Shown here in pieces: positions 38,311 to 50,135 of a stretch of 64,000 nucleotides of DNA. Positions within the stretch are counted from its first letter, which is position 1. Every line of letters begins with the position of its first letter. The translations under genes were made by a program, and so were the position numbers. The notes below the pieces were generated by a model that ran no database searches, was not told where the DNA came from, and saw only the letters and a program-made list of their open reading frames with translations. The stretch comes from Elephas maximus (lineage: Eukaryota), in NCBI RefSeq assembly GCF_024166365.1, contig NC_064828.1:30567814-30631813 (forward strand), written 5' to 3'.

Positions 38311-38334
38311 GCCGCCGCCGCCGCCGCCGCCGCC
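38311..38334. repeat. (GCC)8 on the plus strand = (GGC)8 in the PIP4P1 5'UTR, about 50 nt upstream of the ATG
   Basis: gtcGCCGCCGCCGCCGCCGCCGCCGCCgct read directly from the sequence. Confidence 0.9.
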
Positions 38335-39370
38335 GCTACCGGGTCCCCAGAGCGCCTGCGCGCCGCGCGCCCAGCTCACCCCGCAACCAGTGGACTGCCC
38401 CGCCCCGTCCCGCAGCACGTGACAGGATGCCCCGCCCCCGCCAGGCTATTATTAGTGGGGATAAACCAATTGCTGGTTCTGTGAAGACAGCTCCTCTTTT
38501 CCATTGGGGAGCGACGCACTAACGTCAACTGTCACATGACCTGCCGGATGCCGCTGGGCCTGCAAAAACTGCACGTGACTAGAGGTTCTACGAGTCATTG
38601 GAAGTGTGGGCCATCGCGCTACCTCCAGGCCAGAAGGTGGGGTTAGGCTGCTTCTGCTCGCTCGTCATGTGTTTCAGGAAGCTGGGTGGGCTCTGTTACG
38701 CGCCTAAGTCGCGCAGTCTGCTTGTCATTGGTCCAAAGAAACCACTAAAAGACTCCCCCCGCCTTGCTGCTATAAGTGGCCTGTCATTGGCTCGTGGCTG
38801 CCTTTCCCTCATTCTATTATCCTTGGAGGGCAACTTTATTGGCCGGAACTTAGCGCCAGAACTGCGAGGCGTGGCTTAAGCGGCTCAAGGGGCGGGCAAT
38901 AAAAGGTGCGGGAGCTTTTGCTGGTTGCAGGAATTTGGGGTTCTGAGCAGCAAAGGGAGGAGCGCTAGGCCACAGGTGGCCACTCTACCCAAATAAGTAT
39001 CTTTTAAAAATCAGAGTAAAGATAGAGCTGGAGGAAATGGATTAAAACATTAAATTTATCACCTCCAGCCTCTTGCTGGAGTCAGTCTGGAACAAGACAG
39101 GCTTCTCCAGGAACCTGTCTTAGCAGGCACCACACCCCTCCGCCACCGCCCCAAGATTAAATTGTAAATTATTTTCTTGAGCGTCTGTCTCCACCCCTAA
39201 AAGAAAATCTCACCTTTTACTGAATTTTGTGATACCCCTCCACCCTAGCACAAATGCATAAGTATTGACTGTACCAATCGAATCCAAGCTATGTTAGTTA
39301 TCTCCTTTGGCAGATGGGAGGGTCTTTAGCCCTGTCTCTGGTTTGCCCTCCTCTTGATACTGCTAATAAG

Positions 39371-39548
39371 CCGGTCCAGTTGATTCCAACTCATAGTGAC
39401 TGTATAGGACAGACTAGAACTGCTGTATAGGATTTCTTACGCTGTAATCTTTACTGGAGGTCTTTCCTCCCCAGAGTGGCTGGTGGGTTTGAACCACCCA
39501 CCTTTCGGTTAGCAGCCCAATGCTTAACCACTGTGCCATGTTGTAGGG
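39371..39548 (-). mobile_element. AfroSINE long form (upstream of PIP4P1)
   Basis: CCAGTTGATTCCAACTCATAGTGACTGTATAGGACAGACTAGAACTGCTGTATAGG...GCTTAACCACTGTGCCATG. Confidence 0.8.
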
Positions 39549-39554
39549 TAAAAA

Positions 39555-40240
39555 AAATCACAGACTTTAGTAAAGCAAAAAGAAAGTTTTATTCAGCATA
39601 TATTCAAAAACGCAAAAGTGGGAAGCGGGCAAGCATGCTGCTAGAGCCATGTCTGCCTGAGTCCAAGGAAATCTTACAGAATACACAAGAATGGGAAAAC
39701 GGACAAGCGTGCTGCCACAGCCATGTCGGCCCAAATCCAAGGAAAGTTACAGAATAAACAAGAATGGGAAAACAGACAAGCATGTTGCCACAGCCATGTC
39801 TGCCCCAGTCCAAAGAACATTACAGAGTCATCAGTATATATTAACACTACAAAACCGGCAAAACCATTGAAAGCTTCACCTTTTCACAGATTGGCTAGTA
39901 ACTGCAATCTTAAATTTTGAATTGTCCCTCTAAACAATCATTGGTACAGGTTTCAGTAATGACGGTCAGGAGGGTCTTCATTGGTCCAACAAATTTGTAT
40001 TCACTATTTTTTTTTTATATGTTAGTTAAAAAAAGGTAAGAGTGGGAAGTCTTTTGTGTTCAGGCTTAAGTGAAAAATAAGTGAAAGGCTCCCTAAAAGA
40101 TATTTTCCAAGATTCTCTTAGTCTTCATACCTCAGGGCCCAGTTGATGTGTCCTTGTGAATCCTCATGAGTCAGCTCCATCTGGGTCACATTATGCTCAT
40201 GGACAGGGAATAATGACTCCAATATTATTTCCTAAATCAT
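39555..40240 (+). repeat. Unclassified interspersed repeat, copy 2 (3 internal ~72-bp tandem units; begins with A-run + TCACAGACTTTAGTAAAGCAAAAAGAAAG)
   Basis: Same family as 2505-3075. Directly abuts the head of a minus-orientation AfroSINE at 39548. Confidence 0.75.
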
Positions 40241-43200
40241 TTCCTCCTTTTGATCAGAGATTGGAGATAACACATCAATGATCAATACCTGGACTTAGTT
40301 GAGCTCCTAGATGGTGGCCGTTGCAGGCTCTTTAAACTCACAGTGCTGGTTTTCCACCGGATACCACCTGGTTCTTCACCAGATTATTAAGTAAGAGCCG
40401 TGTTCTCATCAATGGCATTACTGGAGTGAGCAGACTAAAAGTACAGCAACATTTTAGCCTGAGGCCTTCTTTTGCCTTTTAGGTGTATAAGACAATAGAG
40501 GATACATATTATTATGCCTAGTACTATCAGGATGTAGACTAAGAATATTGTTTGTAGTACTGATCTAGCCCGTGTACTTATTCCTGATGGTAACCAACCA
40601 AATAAATCTGGCGTTTTTAAGGGTGTTATTGTGTAACCAAGTAGCTTGCTGTCTAATTCTATGTGTAATCCTGTTCTACTTCTTCTGTGTTATTTACCAA
40701 ATGCAACAAGAAGTATTTGCTTCTTGCAAAGACTACACTTTTCTTAGACTAATAAAAATCTAAGGCTATTTTGTTATCTCATGTCGCCTTGGCTTAATGA
40801 GGTCAGAGTCACTGTTGTGCTTCCATCCCTCTAGCAACTTCATCTGCTATTTGTCCCATAGTAATTGATAAATTTGTTAAAGATTTTTCCAATTCAACTA
40901 TACCATAAGTAGGAATTAAATCTATCAACCACACCGAATGTTGGACCAATGGGCTTTCTTCTGACCCTTGTTTTACAATGGTAACAATTTAACATTACCT
41001 TTCCAATATTTGCTAGCATCATTGCTATGAATATCTAAACATAATCCCAAGGTTCTCAAAGCGCACTGCCCATGCATTTGCCAGGACTCTAAACAAGAGA
41101 TTGCCCACATAAATTCACTGTCAGTTGGAAAGGGATCATCTAAATTAGTATAGGTGTTTATACCACATAAAAACCTATCTAGAAGGAGCACACAAAGTTT
41201 GTCTAGAGAAAACAGAAAATATAGAAAAAATTAAATGTGACAACCAAGTTTTCATTAGAGAATTCATGATTAGCAAGATAATACAGGATGGACCTCTCCT
41301 GTTGGAGGTCTCCAGTTTATATAAAACATACTAAGTGTTCTCCATGAGGGCAAGCTGTCTCTCCTCGGTTTATCTATTAACAGTAATGGGTCACTTTCTC
41401 AGAAGCAGAAGTGGAACCTAGGTCAAAATGGAGTCTGAGCCATGAGGTCAATCTCTTCTGAGAACCTGGTTTATTTAAGATACATAATTTTCTGTATAGC
41501 AAGAAGGTGAGAGTTTGATTATAAACATTAGAGAGATATTTCATACAATATTGTCTTGAAGACTGAATAAACCGATTACTGATTTACCCTAAACATAACT
41601 CCTAGTCCAGTCTTTGGCACCAGTTTCTCCAAACAGACTGAATTCTTCAAGAAAAGCACAATGCCCAGAGCAAAAGGGTCTTGGTAGTTTATCTGGACTA
41701 TTGTTTGACTCCAAGTGGCTTCAGGAATCAGTTTTTTCTCAAAGCCCGAGGTTCAGAAGGACACTCAAAGACAATGGCCTATGTGGATTACTCTAACCTC
41801 CATGAAAGGCAGAAATCTGAATTCCAGGAGAATTATATACAACTCTCTCATGGTTTCGTCCTTTGGATCATGATCTTGTTATAGAATCTTTGATCAAAAA
41901 TGTTCAATAAATGGTAATTGGGCACTATCTGGTTTTTAAGATTCCAGGCACCACACAGTGAACTAGGAGGCAGAATAGAAACACTAACAATAATATTAGG
42001 CCAATTGTCTGATATGACCAATGAAACCATTACCCTGAGGTCTTTGAACCAAGGAAACAAATCTCATGAGATGTTTGTTTATGCATAAGCAGCATCAGTA
42101 ACTGCTTTTCATGTGCCTCAGCAACAACTACATTCTGCAAAACCTAAGATTGTGTATTAATGTAAACACAGAAACATTTATCTATTAAGGCACAAATTAT
42201 TCCTTGAGAGAACCAATAGGAAATCTAATGCTATTCTAATTTGTAAAATCATAGCTCAAATTTCAGACACTTCTCGGTTATGATATTTACAACTTTGCTA
42301 AGTTTACCAACAGGAACTTCTAATTCAAGAGTTAAAATAACTAAACCCATTAGTTAGATAATTTAGGAGAAAAGACGAAAATGGCTTCTTAAATCTAGAA
42401 AGTAGGACCTTAAAGCATTTATTTCCAGAAAGACCTTAAAACATCAGCCATATTCTCACATAAAACCCATAGTATTGTTTTGTTTACTTACTCTTATGTA
42501 GTTAATTTCTGTTCCATGTGATTCTGGATCAGCCAATGTCTGTGAACCCATCAGCTTCTGCATAGGAGTTTTGGAAATCTTGACTGAGTCAAGTCACAGT
42601 CCTTTTGGCAAGTCCAATATAGTCCATCTTTCTTGTTCAGATATTCTGGTCAGACATTTTCATCAAATCAGCAAAGTAAAAACTTATTTGCCGATGACAA
42701 AACTTAATATGGCCATGATTAATTCATAAACATAACTGTTAATAGTGAAAGACCTGATAGAAATTAATTACAAGCATAAGGTCAAATAAAATCAGGAACT
42801 TTAGATAAAAGTATTTCTAAATATGATTATCTGTATTTTAAAGAGCTTGAGATATAATACATAATAATCTTGAGACATAATACCAGGATATACCAAGAAT
42901 ATACCAAGATTATCAAATCTCTAAATATCTGAATAGTAATTAAAAATAACTTCATAGGTAAATGATGTGAATTCCCCAAACCACTGGCTTTGATGATGCT
43001 AGATTCAAAAAAATAAAGTTGTGACCAAGTTAAAAATAAAGAAATAATAAAATTATGACATGATATTTTGTGTTTGTTGTCTGATATTAGGCAAAAACAC
43101 AAGAGGAAATACAAACATAAATTTTAACACAGTGAGAATGAGGCGCTTCTCTTGATTTTAACAACATGTTCCATATAATTCATAACCTGTTAAATAAACC

Positions 43201-43689
43201 TTTTTGGCACTTTTCCTTTATAAAAAAATTTATGGCTTCCCATGAAGTTTCAAACTTGTCAGGAGTTGATTATTGTTCACCGTGAAACAATGCTTAAGTT
43301 TTTTAACCAAAGATCTTAAAATAAAAACCTTAGCTTTTTTTTTTTTTTCTTCCTAAAGCCATGTGGCTTGGTTTCTGACTCAGGAATTTTATTCTAATAA
43401 TGAGAGACGAACCTTTGTCTTCCAGGCACATTACACAAAGAATAGATTAACTTTTCAACTCCGTAATCAAAGAAAATGTTGTTCTTTTAACAATGAGAAA
43501 CCTAATTCTTTGTGGTATATGCTATTTAACATTAAAGCCCCTGAAAACCTCATAAATCAAACCGTTAAACTTCAGTCAGACAGATAAAACTTTCAACCAT
43601 ATCAAATAATTTTTTTTTAATAAACCTCTTAAGTGTTGTTTTTGCTGCATATCTCTTACAGTACATCCCCTTAAAATGGCAAAAATGAA

Positions 43690-44345
43690 TTCACTTATTG
43701 TTGTTGGGTGCGGTCAAGTCAGATTCAACTTGTAGTGACCCTATGTACCACAGAATGAAACCCTGTCTGGTCCTGCACCATCCTTACAATCGTTGTTATG
43801 CTTGAGCTCATTGTTGCAGCCACTGTGGCAATCCATTTCATTGAGGGTCATCCTCGTTTCCACTGACACTGTACTTTACCCAGAATGGTGCCCTTCTCCA
43901 GGGACTGATCCCTCCTGATAACATGCCCAAAATATGTAAGACGCAGTCTCGCCATCCTTGCTTCTAAGGAGCATTCTGGTTGTACTTCTTCCAAGACAGA
44001 TTTGTTCATTCTTTCGGCAGTCCATGGTATATCCAATATCCTTCGCCAATACCACAATTCAAAGGACTCAATTCTTCTTCAGTCTTCCTTATTCATTGTC
44101 CAGCTTTCACATGCACATGATGCAATTGAAAATACCATGGCTTAGCTCAAGGTGACATCTTTGCTTTTCAACACTTTAAAGAGGTCCTTTGCAGCAGATT
44201 TACCCAATGCAATGCATTTTTTGATTTCTTGAGTGCTGCTTCCATGGGTGTTAATTGTGGATCCAAGTAAAATGAAATCCTTGACAACTTCAGTCTTTTC
44301 TCCATTTATCATGATGTGGCTTATTGGTCCAGTTGTGAGAATTTC
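43690..44345 (-). mobile_element. RTE/BovB-type LINE 3' fragment (minus orientation)
   Basis: Minus-strand ORF 43848..44057 contains ..RLRLTYFGHVIRRDQSLEKGTILGKV.., the RTE/BovB C-terminal signature. Its 3' tail (43700-43760: GATTCAACTTGTAGTGACCCTATGTACCACAGAATG) is the sequence AfroSINE tails derive from. Confidence 0.7.
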
Positions 44346-46599
44346 ACTCATTAGCAGACCCAGATATACTCATGTATGTATATTCTTTCTCTTGTGGCAT
44401 AAAAAGGAAAAGTATATAAACTTCAATAATGACAAATATCTATTAACTGAATTTAACATCAATAAGTTACCTAAAAGGTCTTAGAAATTTTTTAAGCCTG
44501 TATACCATAAAACATAACTGTAATTGAAATAAAGTTTGTTTAAATATTCCAAGCTTTCATTCAACTTTTACTATTTCTTGTATTTTTTCTAATCTAATTT
44601 TAGCCCTTAAAGATTTTATCAACTGGCTTTGGAAATCACAAAGTCTCTGCTCCAGTGACCAATTCACTGATATGAATATAACCTTAAGTGTCTGGCTAGG
44701 GTTAGAAACATTTTCCAGGCCATTGGAGGTGTGTCTCATTGTAATTTCTATTTTTCAGCTTCTTAAAATTCCCCTAGAATAGAAAGAACCTGTTTATAGT
44801 TCTTTTACAATTGTGATTCACCCAATTTCTGATAACCATAGTAAAGCAGCAATTTTTCTTATCTTTTGTCTTAAAAAGGTCTTCACCTAGTTGGAAAGGG
44901 TCTTTCAAAAGCTTTCCTGGAGCTATAGGACTTTGGAGACTAGGGACTGGAGGCTAAGGAGGCCTGATCTTTTCCTGCCTTCCCTGCCTTTTAACTCCTG
45001 GTAGAAGACAAGATCAGGGCATTCCAATTCATTTACATATGTTTAAGTCGACCTAGATATTCTGCAAGGCAAAAGATAACTAATTTCTATTTTGCTGTTC
45101 TGGAGCTGCTATTTTTACTTTAAGACAAACCTATCCTTTTTCTTTAAATAAAACACATTTCATATAATATCTAGCTTAAGTTACTTAGAAAGGCTTCACT
45201 TCTGAGATTGACATACAGAACATAAAGATCTTGGTGTACTTTCAAATAGACCAATTTAAATCAAAGTTTGCTACTAAAAATCTGAATCATAAGACAGACA
45301 CAAGACACAGTTTTTCTGAACCAGGAAAGAACTGAGGTTCTAAGATAGCCTTAAAAAAAGACCAACAATTCTCAGCCATAGCCTCTAACCTAAGACAGAA
45401 ATTTAAACACAATGCTGTAGACCAGAAGCAAGCTCTCAGAACAAAAGAAGACCAAAAAAAAAAAAAAATCACATAAACTCACTGAACAATATTACACAAA
45501 ACAAGGATATGGGGATCCTAGTTTCTAAAAGTGTATATGGCAATTTTTGATAAGATTGACTCAATTCAACAGAAAGCACAGATTCTCGATAAAACTTGAC
45601 TTGCCAGAGCTTCAGATGGAGAAATATTAGACCTTTTGACAAAACCTAAGCATCAAGCTAAGCTTTCTAAAGAGGAAAAGATAACACAAATCAAAGCTCA
45701 TTTTCCCAAAATTGTCACTGAAATTCCAAATTACTTCTAGTATATTTAGTTTATAGCATTTTTAAATATGAACCCCAAACTGGTGTCTCAGTAGTAGGGG
45801 GGAAATCCAGGCCCATTTATCAAAGATATTAAGCTCTAAGGTTTAAGTTTTTGTTTCCTTCGTTTTGAACTTCATTCATTCCGCTGGCTAGAGACCTAGT
45901 CTATTGTTTTAGACCTTAGACATACTAGTTCTTCCAACTGGAAAGTACTTTACAATAAACTGATGATTTTGCTTTTAACATTGTAATTCTCCATTGAAAA
46001 ACTGTACCGTAAAAAAAGGTACAGAACTACCATTTCTCCCTTAAATTTCATAACAGAAATCAGGACCTGCCACCACTCCCTGAGAATTTGGCAAAATAGG
46101 AGTTGCCACCTCCCCCTGTAAGTTTGGCAAAACAGAGCACTATTTTCCAGATTTTCTGGGTTACAAAAAGGCCTGAACTTTGCAGCTAGTAGTGACTCAA
46201 AGCTCTTTGATAATAGAATTACCTCTTTAATGTTTCAAACGACTCAATCTGGACCTAAACTCCAGTTCAACAAGAGTTACTAGATATCACTCTTAGCTAA
46301 ACGATCACGCAAAACTCTAAGAGAGATTCTCCTTAATCAAACAACCGGTTTTCCAAACAAATATGCCGAACAGAGCTTAAGAAAACCTGAGAAAAAGAAC
46401 AAAAAATATTAACCAAAGGTTCCTTTCTGAGAACATTCACCCTGTCAGTGTCAAAGGCACATGGAGTGGAAACACGTGGGTCCAGAAGTTAATACCCCTT
46501 TTCGCCAGCTTCTGGTCTGCAGCCCAGGTCTCTTCGAGTTCAACTGGATTTGTAGTTTCAGATATCGTTGTTGAGTACACCATTAACTGTTGTAGAGCA

Positions 46600-47395
46600 A
46601 AAAAAAAAAAAAAAATCACAAAGTTTAGTAAAGCAAAAAGAAAGTTTTTTGGCATATATTAAAAAAGGCAAAAGTGGGAAGTGGACAAACATGCTGCTAC
46701 AGCCATGTCTGCCCGAGTCCAAGGAACGTTATGGAATAAACAAGAATGGGAAAACAGACAAGAATGTTGCCACGGCCATGTGTGCCCCAGTCCAAAGAAC
46801 ATTACAGAGTCATCTGTATATATTAACACTACAAAATGGGCAAACCATTGAAAGCTTTACCTTTTCACAGACTGGCTGGAAACTATGATCCTATGTTTTG
46901 AATTGTCCCTCTCAACAATCATTGGTACAGGTTTCAGTAATGACAGTCAGGAGGGTCTTCATTGGTCCAACAAATTTCTATTCACTATATGTTAATAAAA
47001 AAAGATAAGAGTGGGAAGTCTTTTGTGTTCTGGCTTAAGTGAAACCCAAAAACCAAACCCTCTGCCGTTGAGTCGATTCTGACTCATAGCGACCCTATAG
47101 GGCAGAGCAGAACTGCCCCACAGAGTTTCCAAGGAGTGTCCGGCAGACTCCAACTGCTGACCTTTTGGTTAGCAGCCATAGCACTTAACCACTACACCAC
47201 TAGGGTTTCCCACTTAAGTGAAAGTCTCCCTAAAAGATATGTTCCAAGATTCTCTCAGTCTTTATACCTCAGGGCCCAGCTGATGTGTCCTTGTGAATCC
47301 TTGTGAGCTCAGCTCCATCTGGGTCACAGTCCTTATGCTCAAGGACAGGGAATAATAACTCCAATATTATTTCCTAAACAGCCACCAGGGTCCCT
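46600..47395 (+). repeat. Unclassified interspersed repeat, copy 3 (2 tandem units; interrupted by the AfroSINE at 47046-47212)
   Basis: Same family. Begins A16 + TCACAAAGTTTAGTAAAGCAAAAAGAAAG. The nested SINE has a TSD, so this repeat is older than that SINE insertion. Confidence 0.75.
47046..47212 (-). mobile_element. AfroSINE inserted into copy 3 of the unclassified repeat, flanked by an 11-bp target-site duplication CTTAAGTGAAA (47032-42 and 47214-24)
   Basis: ..ggCTTAAGTGAAAcccaaaaaccaaaccctctgccgttgagtcgattctgactcatagcgaccc....cactagggtttcccaCTTAAGTGAAAgtctccc. Confidence 0.85.
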
Positions 47396-47411
47396 CATAC
47401 TGGTAATACCC

Positions 47412-47540
47412 ATGCTGTGGAGTTGATTCCACCTCATAGTGACCCTATCGGACAGAGTAGAACTGCCCCAAAGGGTTTCCAAGGGGCCCCTGGTGGATTC
47501 GAACGGCTGACATATTGGTTACCAGCCCTATTGTCACAGA
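47412..47540 (-). mobile_element. AfroSINE, 5'-truncated copy
   Basis: GGAGTTGATTCCACCTCATAGTGACCCTATCGGACAGAGTAGAACTGCCCCAAAGGGTTTCCAAGG...GGATTCGAACGGCTGAC. Confidence 0.7.
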
Positions 47541-47865
47541 TGAGGGAAGTACAAAATTTCTGTTTGTTGTGTCTTAAAGAGTTGCCTTTTCCTGGTTACC
47601 TGGGAGGTCAAAGAGAGATGGTTCTGACATCATGCTCTTGGGAAGTATGTGATTGCTAAGAGTGATAAATTTTTTTAGTTCAGATGTAGCATCGAGGCTC
47701 CTTGACTGAGAGTAATACTGAGAGAGTTGCTTTTTCCTGAAAAACTCCTTAGATGAGGGCTCTGTCTTCTACCTTCCCAGGAACCAAACCAGAACCCTGA
47801 GGTCTTTGGGGACAACCCTTGGGGACAGTGCATCCTGTCCACTCCTCCAGCAGCCTTATGTCTCT

Positions 47866-48060
47866 ATGGGAGCATAGTGGTTAAAGGGCTTGGGTGTTAA
47901 CCAAAAGGTGGGTGGTCCGAAACAACCAGCTACTCTGTGGGAGAAAGTTGTGGCAGTTGGGTTCTGTAAAGATTTACACACAGCCTTGGAAATGCTATGG
48001 GGCAGCTCTACTCTGTCCTATAGGGTCACTATGAGTCAGAATCAACTTGATGGCAGTGGG
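47866..48060 (+). mobile_element. AfroSINE long form, with a (GTTTG)n microsatellite attached at its 3' end
   Basis: GGGAGCATAGTGGTTAAAGGGCTTGGGTGTTAACCAAAAGGTGGGTGGTCCGAAAC...CTGTAAAGATTTACACACAGCCTTGG.... Confidence 0.8.
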
Positions 48061-48106
48061 TTTGGTTTGGTTTGGTTTGGTTTGGTTTGGTTTGGTTTGG
48101 TTTGGA
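48061..48106. repeat. (GTTTG)9 pentanucleotide microsatellite
   Basis: tttggtttggtttggtttggtttggtttggtttggtttgg read directly from the sequence. Confidence 0.95.
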
Positions 48107-50087
48107 ACTGCAACTGAGGTTTTCCCAAGTAATAACCCAATTTAAATAATGGAAGGCTACAGGGCATTGACAAAAATAAGTCTGAGGACTATGAGCAGTT
48201 TGACTAGAAGCCTCTCCACTGAGCCTAACAATGAGAAAAGGGCAAGCCACCCAAAAATGTTCAATAATGAAGGAACTGCTGCTGACCCAGCACAGTGACT
48301 GCTGCAGGGGATGGAGACTTTGCTTGGGTTTTGATTTTTAGACACAGCTTTTCCAGGCCAACTCCGTAGAAGCTAGTATCCTTCCACCAGTTAGGTCTCC
48401 CAGATAAGATCCCTTCGTAGTTACTTTTAAGAACTAGGGAATGTCCAAATACAAAACGGGGAGGGGGTTGTAGCCCTATGGGGGGAAAGACCAGTCCCGT
48501 GCTGTTTCTGCTGTTACTAGCACACAGATGTTCAAGCATTCACTCTGGGTTGGAGTAGGGTTCATTCTTTGCCCTTTGTTCAAAAACATCCTTTTGTGAC
48601 TTCTATTACTTTCACCAAAGCCGTATTTTATGTTCATTTTAATCTGATATTATCTGTATAAAAATGTGAGGACAGATGGAGAATTGGATACAGTACTGAA
48701 GGTCCTAGAATGATGGATGAATAGAATGGCTCATTTTTTTAGTAGTCTGGGCTTTTGGTGATGTTTTTATTAGAGGTCAAATATAGGACGAATGAGAAAT
48801 GTAGCTGGAATTGACTAGATGGCAACTAACAATGACAACAGAAACAGGAACTGTGGCTAGAGAAGGAAATGCCTTTTATGACAGGTATGTGAGGCACTGG
48901 AGGAAAGATGTGATGGAGTAATCCCTGAATATGTCCCTTTTAATCCCAGACTAACCTCTACCTATACAGGTATAAGAAAGTGTTTAGAGGTTAAGGGGTA
49001 GATAGTGACTAAGTGGTCTCATGATGAACCTACCTTATGATAAATCTCTCTGGGACTTGAGTTCCAAGACTTCCTTGAAAGGAGCCATTGTTCCTTCTGC
49101 AAATGGACTAGTCACTTACTCCATACGGTGCTCTAGTTAGGGTACCTAGGGGAAATCTAAGATCAGTAAATTCTGTCTCACTCCCAATGACACTACAGTC
49201 TGGTGGTGGTCAGAAGATATATGCCCAGAAAACAAGGTGATTTGTGACACCAGCCATAAAAGGGGCACAAAAAAACCTTGCCAACTTCGAGGAGAGGATT
49301 ACCTCTTCTGATCTTTGGTTATGTATTACTGTTTAATAACCAACCCCAAACATAATGGCTTAAAACATTTTTTTCTAATGATTCTATGGGTTGACTGCGT
49401 TGCTCTTTTACTAGCCTCACTTGGGCTCATTCATGACAGTGCAGTCAGAAGGTGACTGGAAACAAGGGAATGGTCCCAGATGGCCTCACTGAATGGTCTA
49501 AGATGGCCTCCCTTTAGAGTTGTGCGTGCTGATTTGGCTGGGCTTCTTTAGAGCATGGTGGTCCTTAGGCCAATGATCCAAGAGTGTGAAAGGGGAAGCT
49601 GCAAGGCGTCTTTAGGTCTAGGCGCCACCACTAGCGTGTGTCATTTCTACCACGTTCTATTGGTCATAACAAGTCATAAGACCTTCCCAGATTCAAGGTG
49701 TGGAGAAATAGATTTCATCTCTTGATGGGGAGGAACTGTGAAATATTGTAGCCATGTTTTTCAACTCACTACAGATGAGTGGAATTTCAGCAGTCAATAT
49801 ATCTACAAATATTTATTAAATATTTACTGTATGTGAAACACACTCCTTAAGATATCTTCTTTGGGAACTTAATCTGGATAGGGAGACATAATCATGTAAA
49901 AAATTGACATAAAATATCAACACTAGTTATCATTTAGTACATTAAAAAATATCAATAGTAGAAATTCACTATATAGCGCATGCTTCCTAACAAATGAACT
50001 AAATGGTATAATATAAGTTCAGTGAAAGAAGTTGCTTTTAGCCACAATAGCTAGGGAAGACAGTTTAAATGTAAGAAAAGATTTTAT

Positions 50088-50135
50088 ATAATAATATAAT
50101 ATTATTATATTATAATAATACATATATTATTGTGT
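50088..50135. repeat. AT-only palindromic low-complexity block
   Basis: ataatataatattattatattataataatacatatattattg read directly from the sequence. Confidence 0.85.

Larger units (their letters stand above)
37850..38950. promoter_or_regulatory. CpG island and promoter of PIP4P1 (minus strand)
   Basis: GC/CpG-rich block surrounding exon 1. Contains multiple GGGCGG/CCGCCC Sp1-like boxes. Confidence 0.7.

Noticed and set aside
37816-38484. 222-aa ORF (+) and 127-aa ORF (+) antisense to PIP4P1 exon 1
   Set aside because: Antisense to a verified coding exon inside a CpG island. Composition is Pro/Ala/Arg-rich, including the poly-Ala run from the GCC repeat. No homology recognised.
40240-46560. 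AT-rich ORFs (e.g. 40973..41191, 42827..43114, 44557..44739) as possible genes
   Set aside because: AT-rich, low-complexity, no domains. The region is a mosaic of old LINE/LTR-like debris (including an RTE fragment at 43.7-44.3 kb). The human ortholog region between TMEM55B and PNP has no protein-coding gene to my knowledge.
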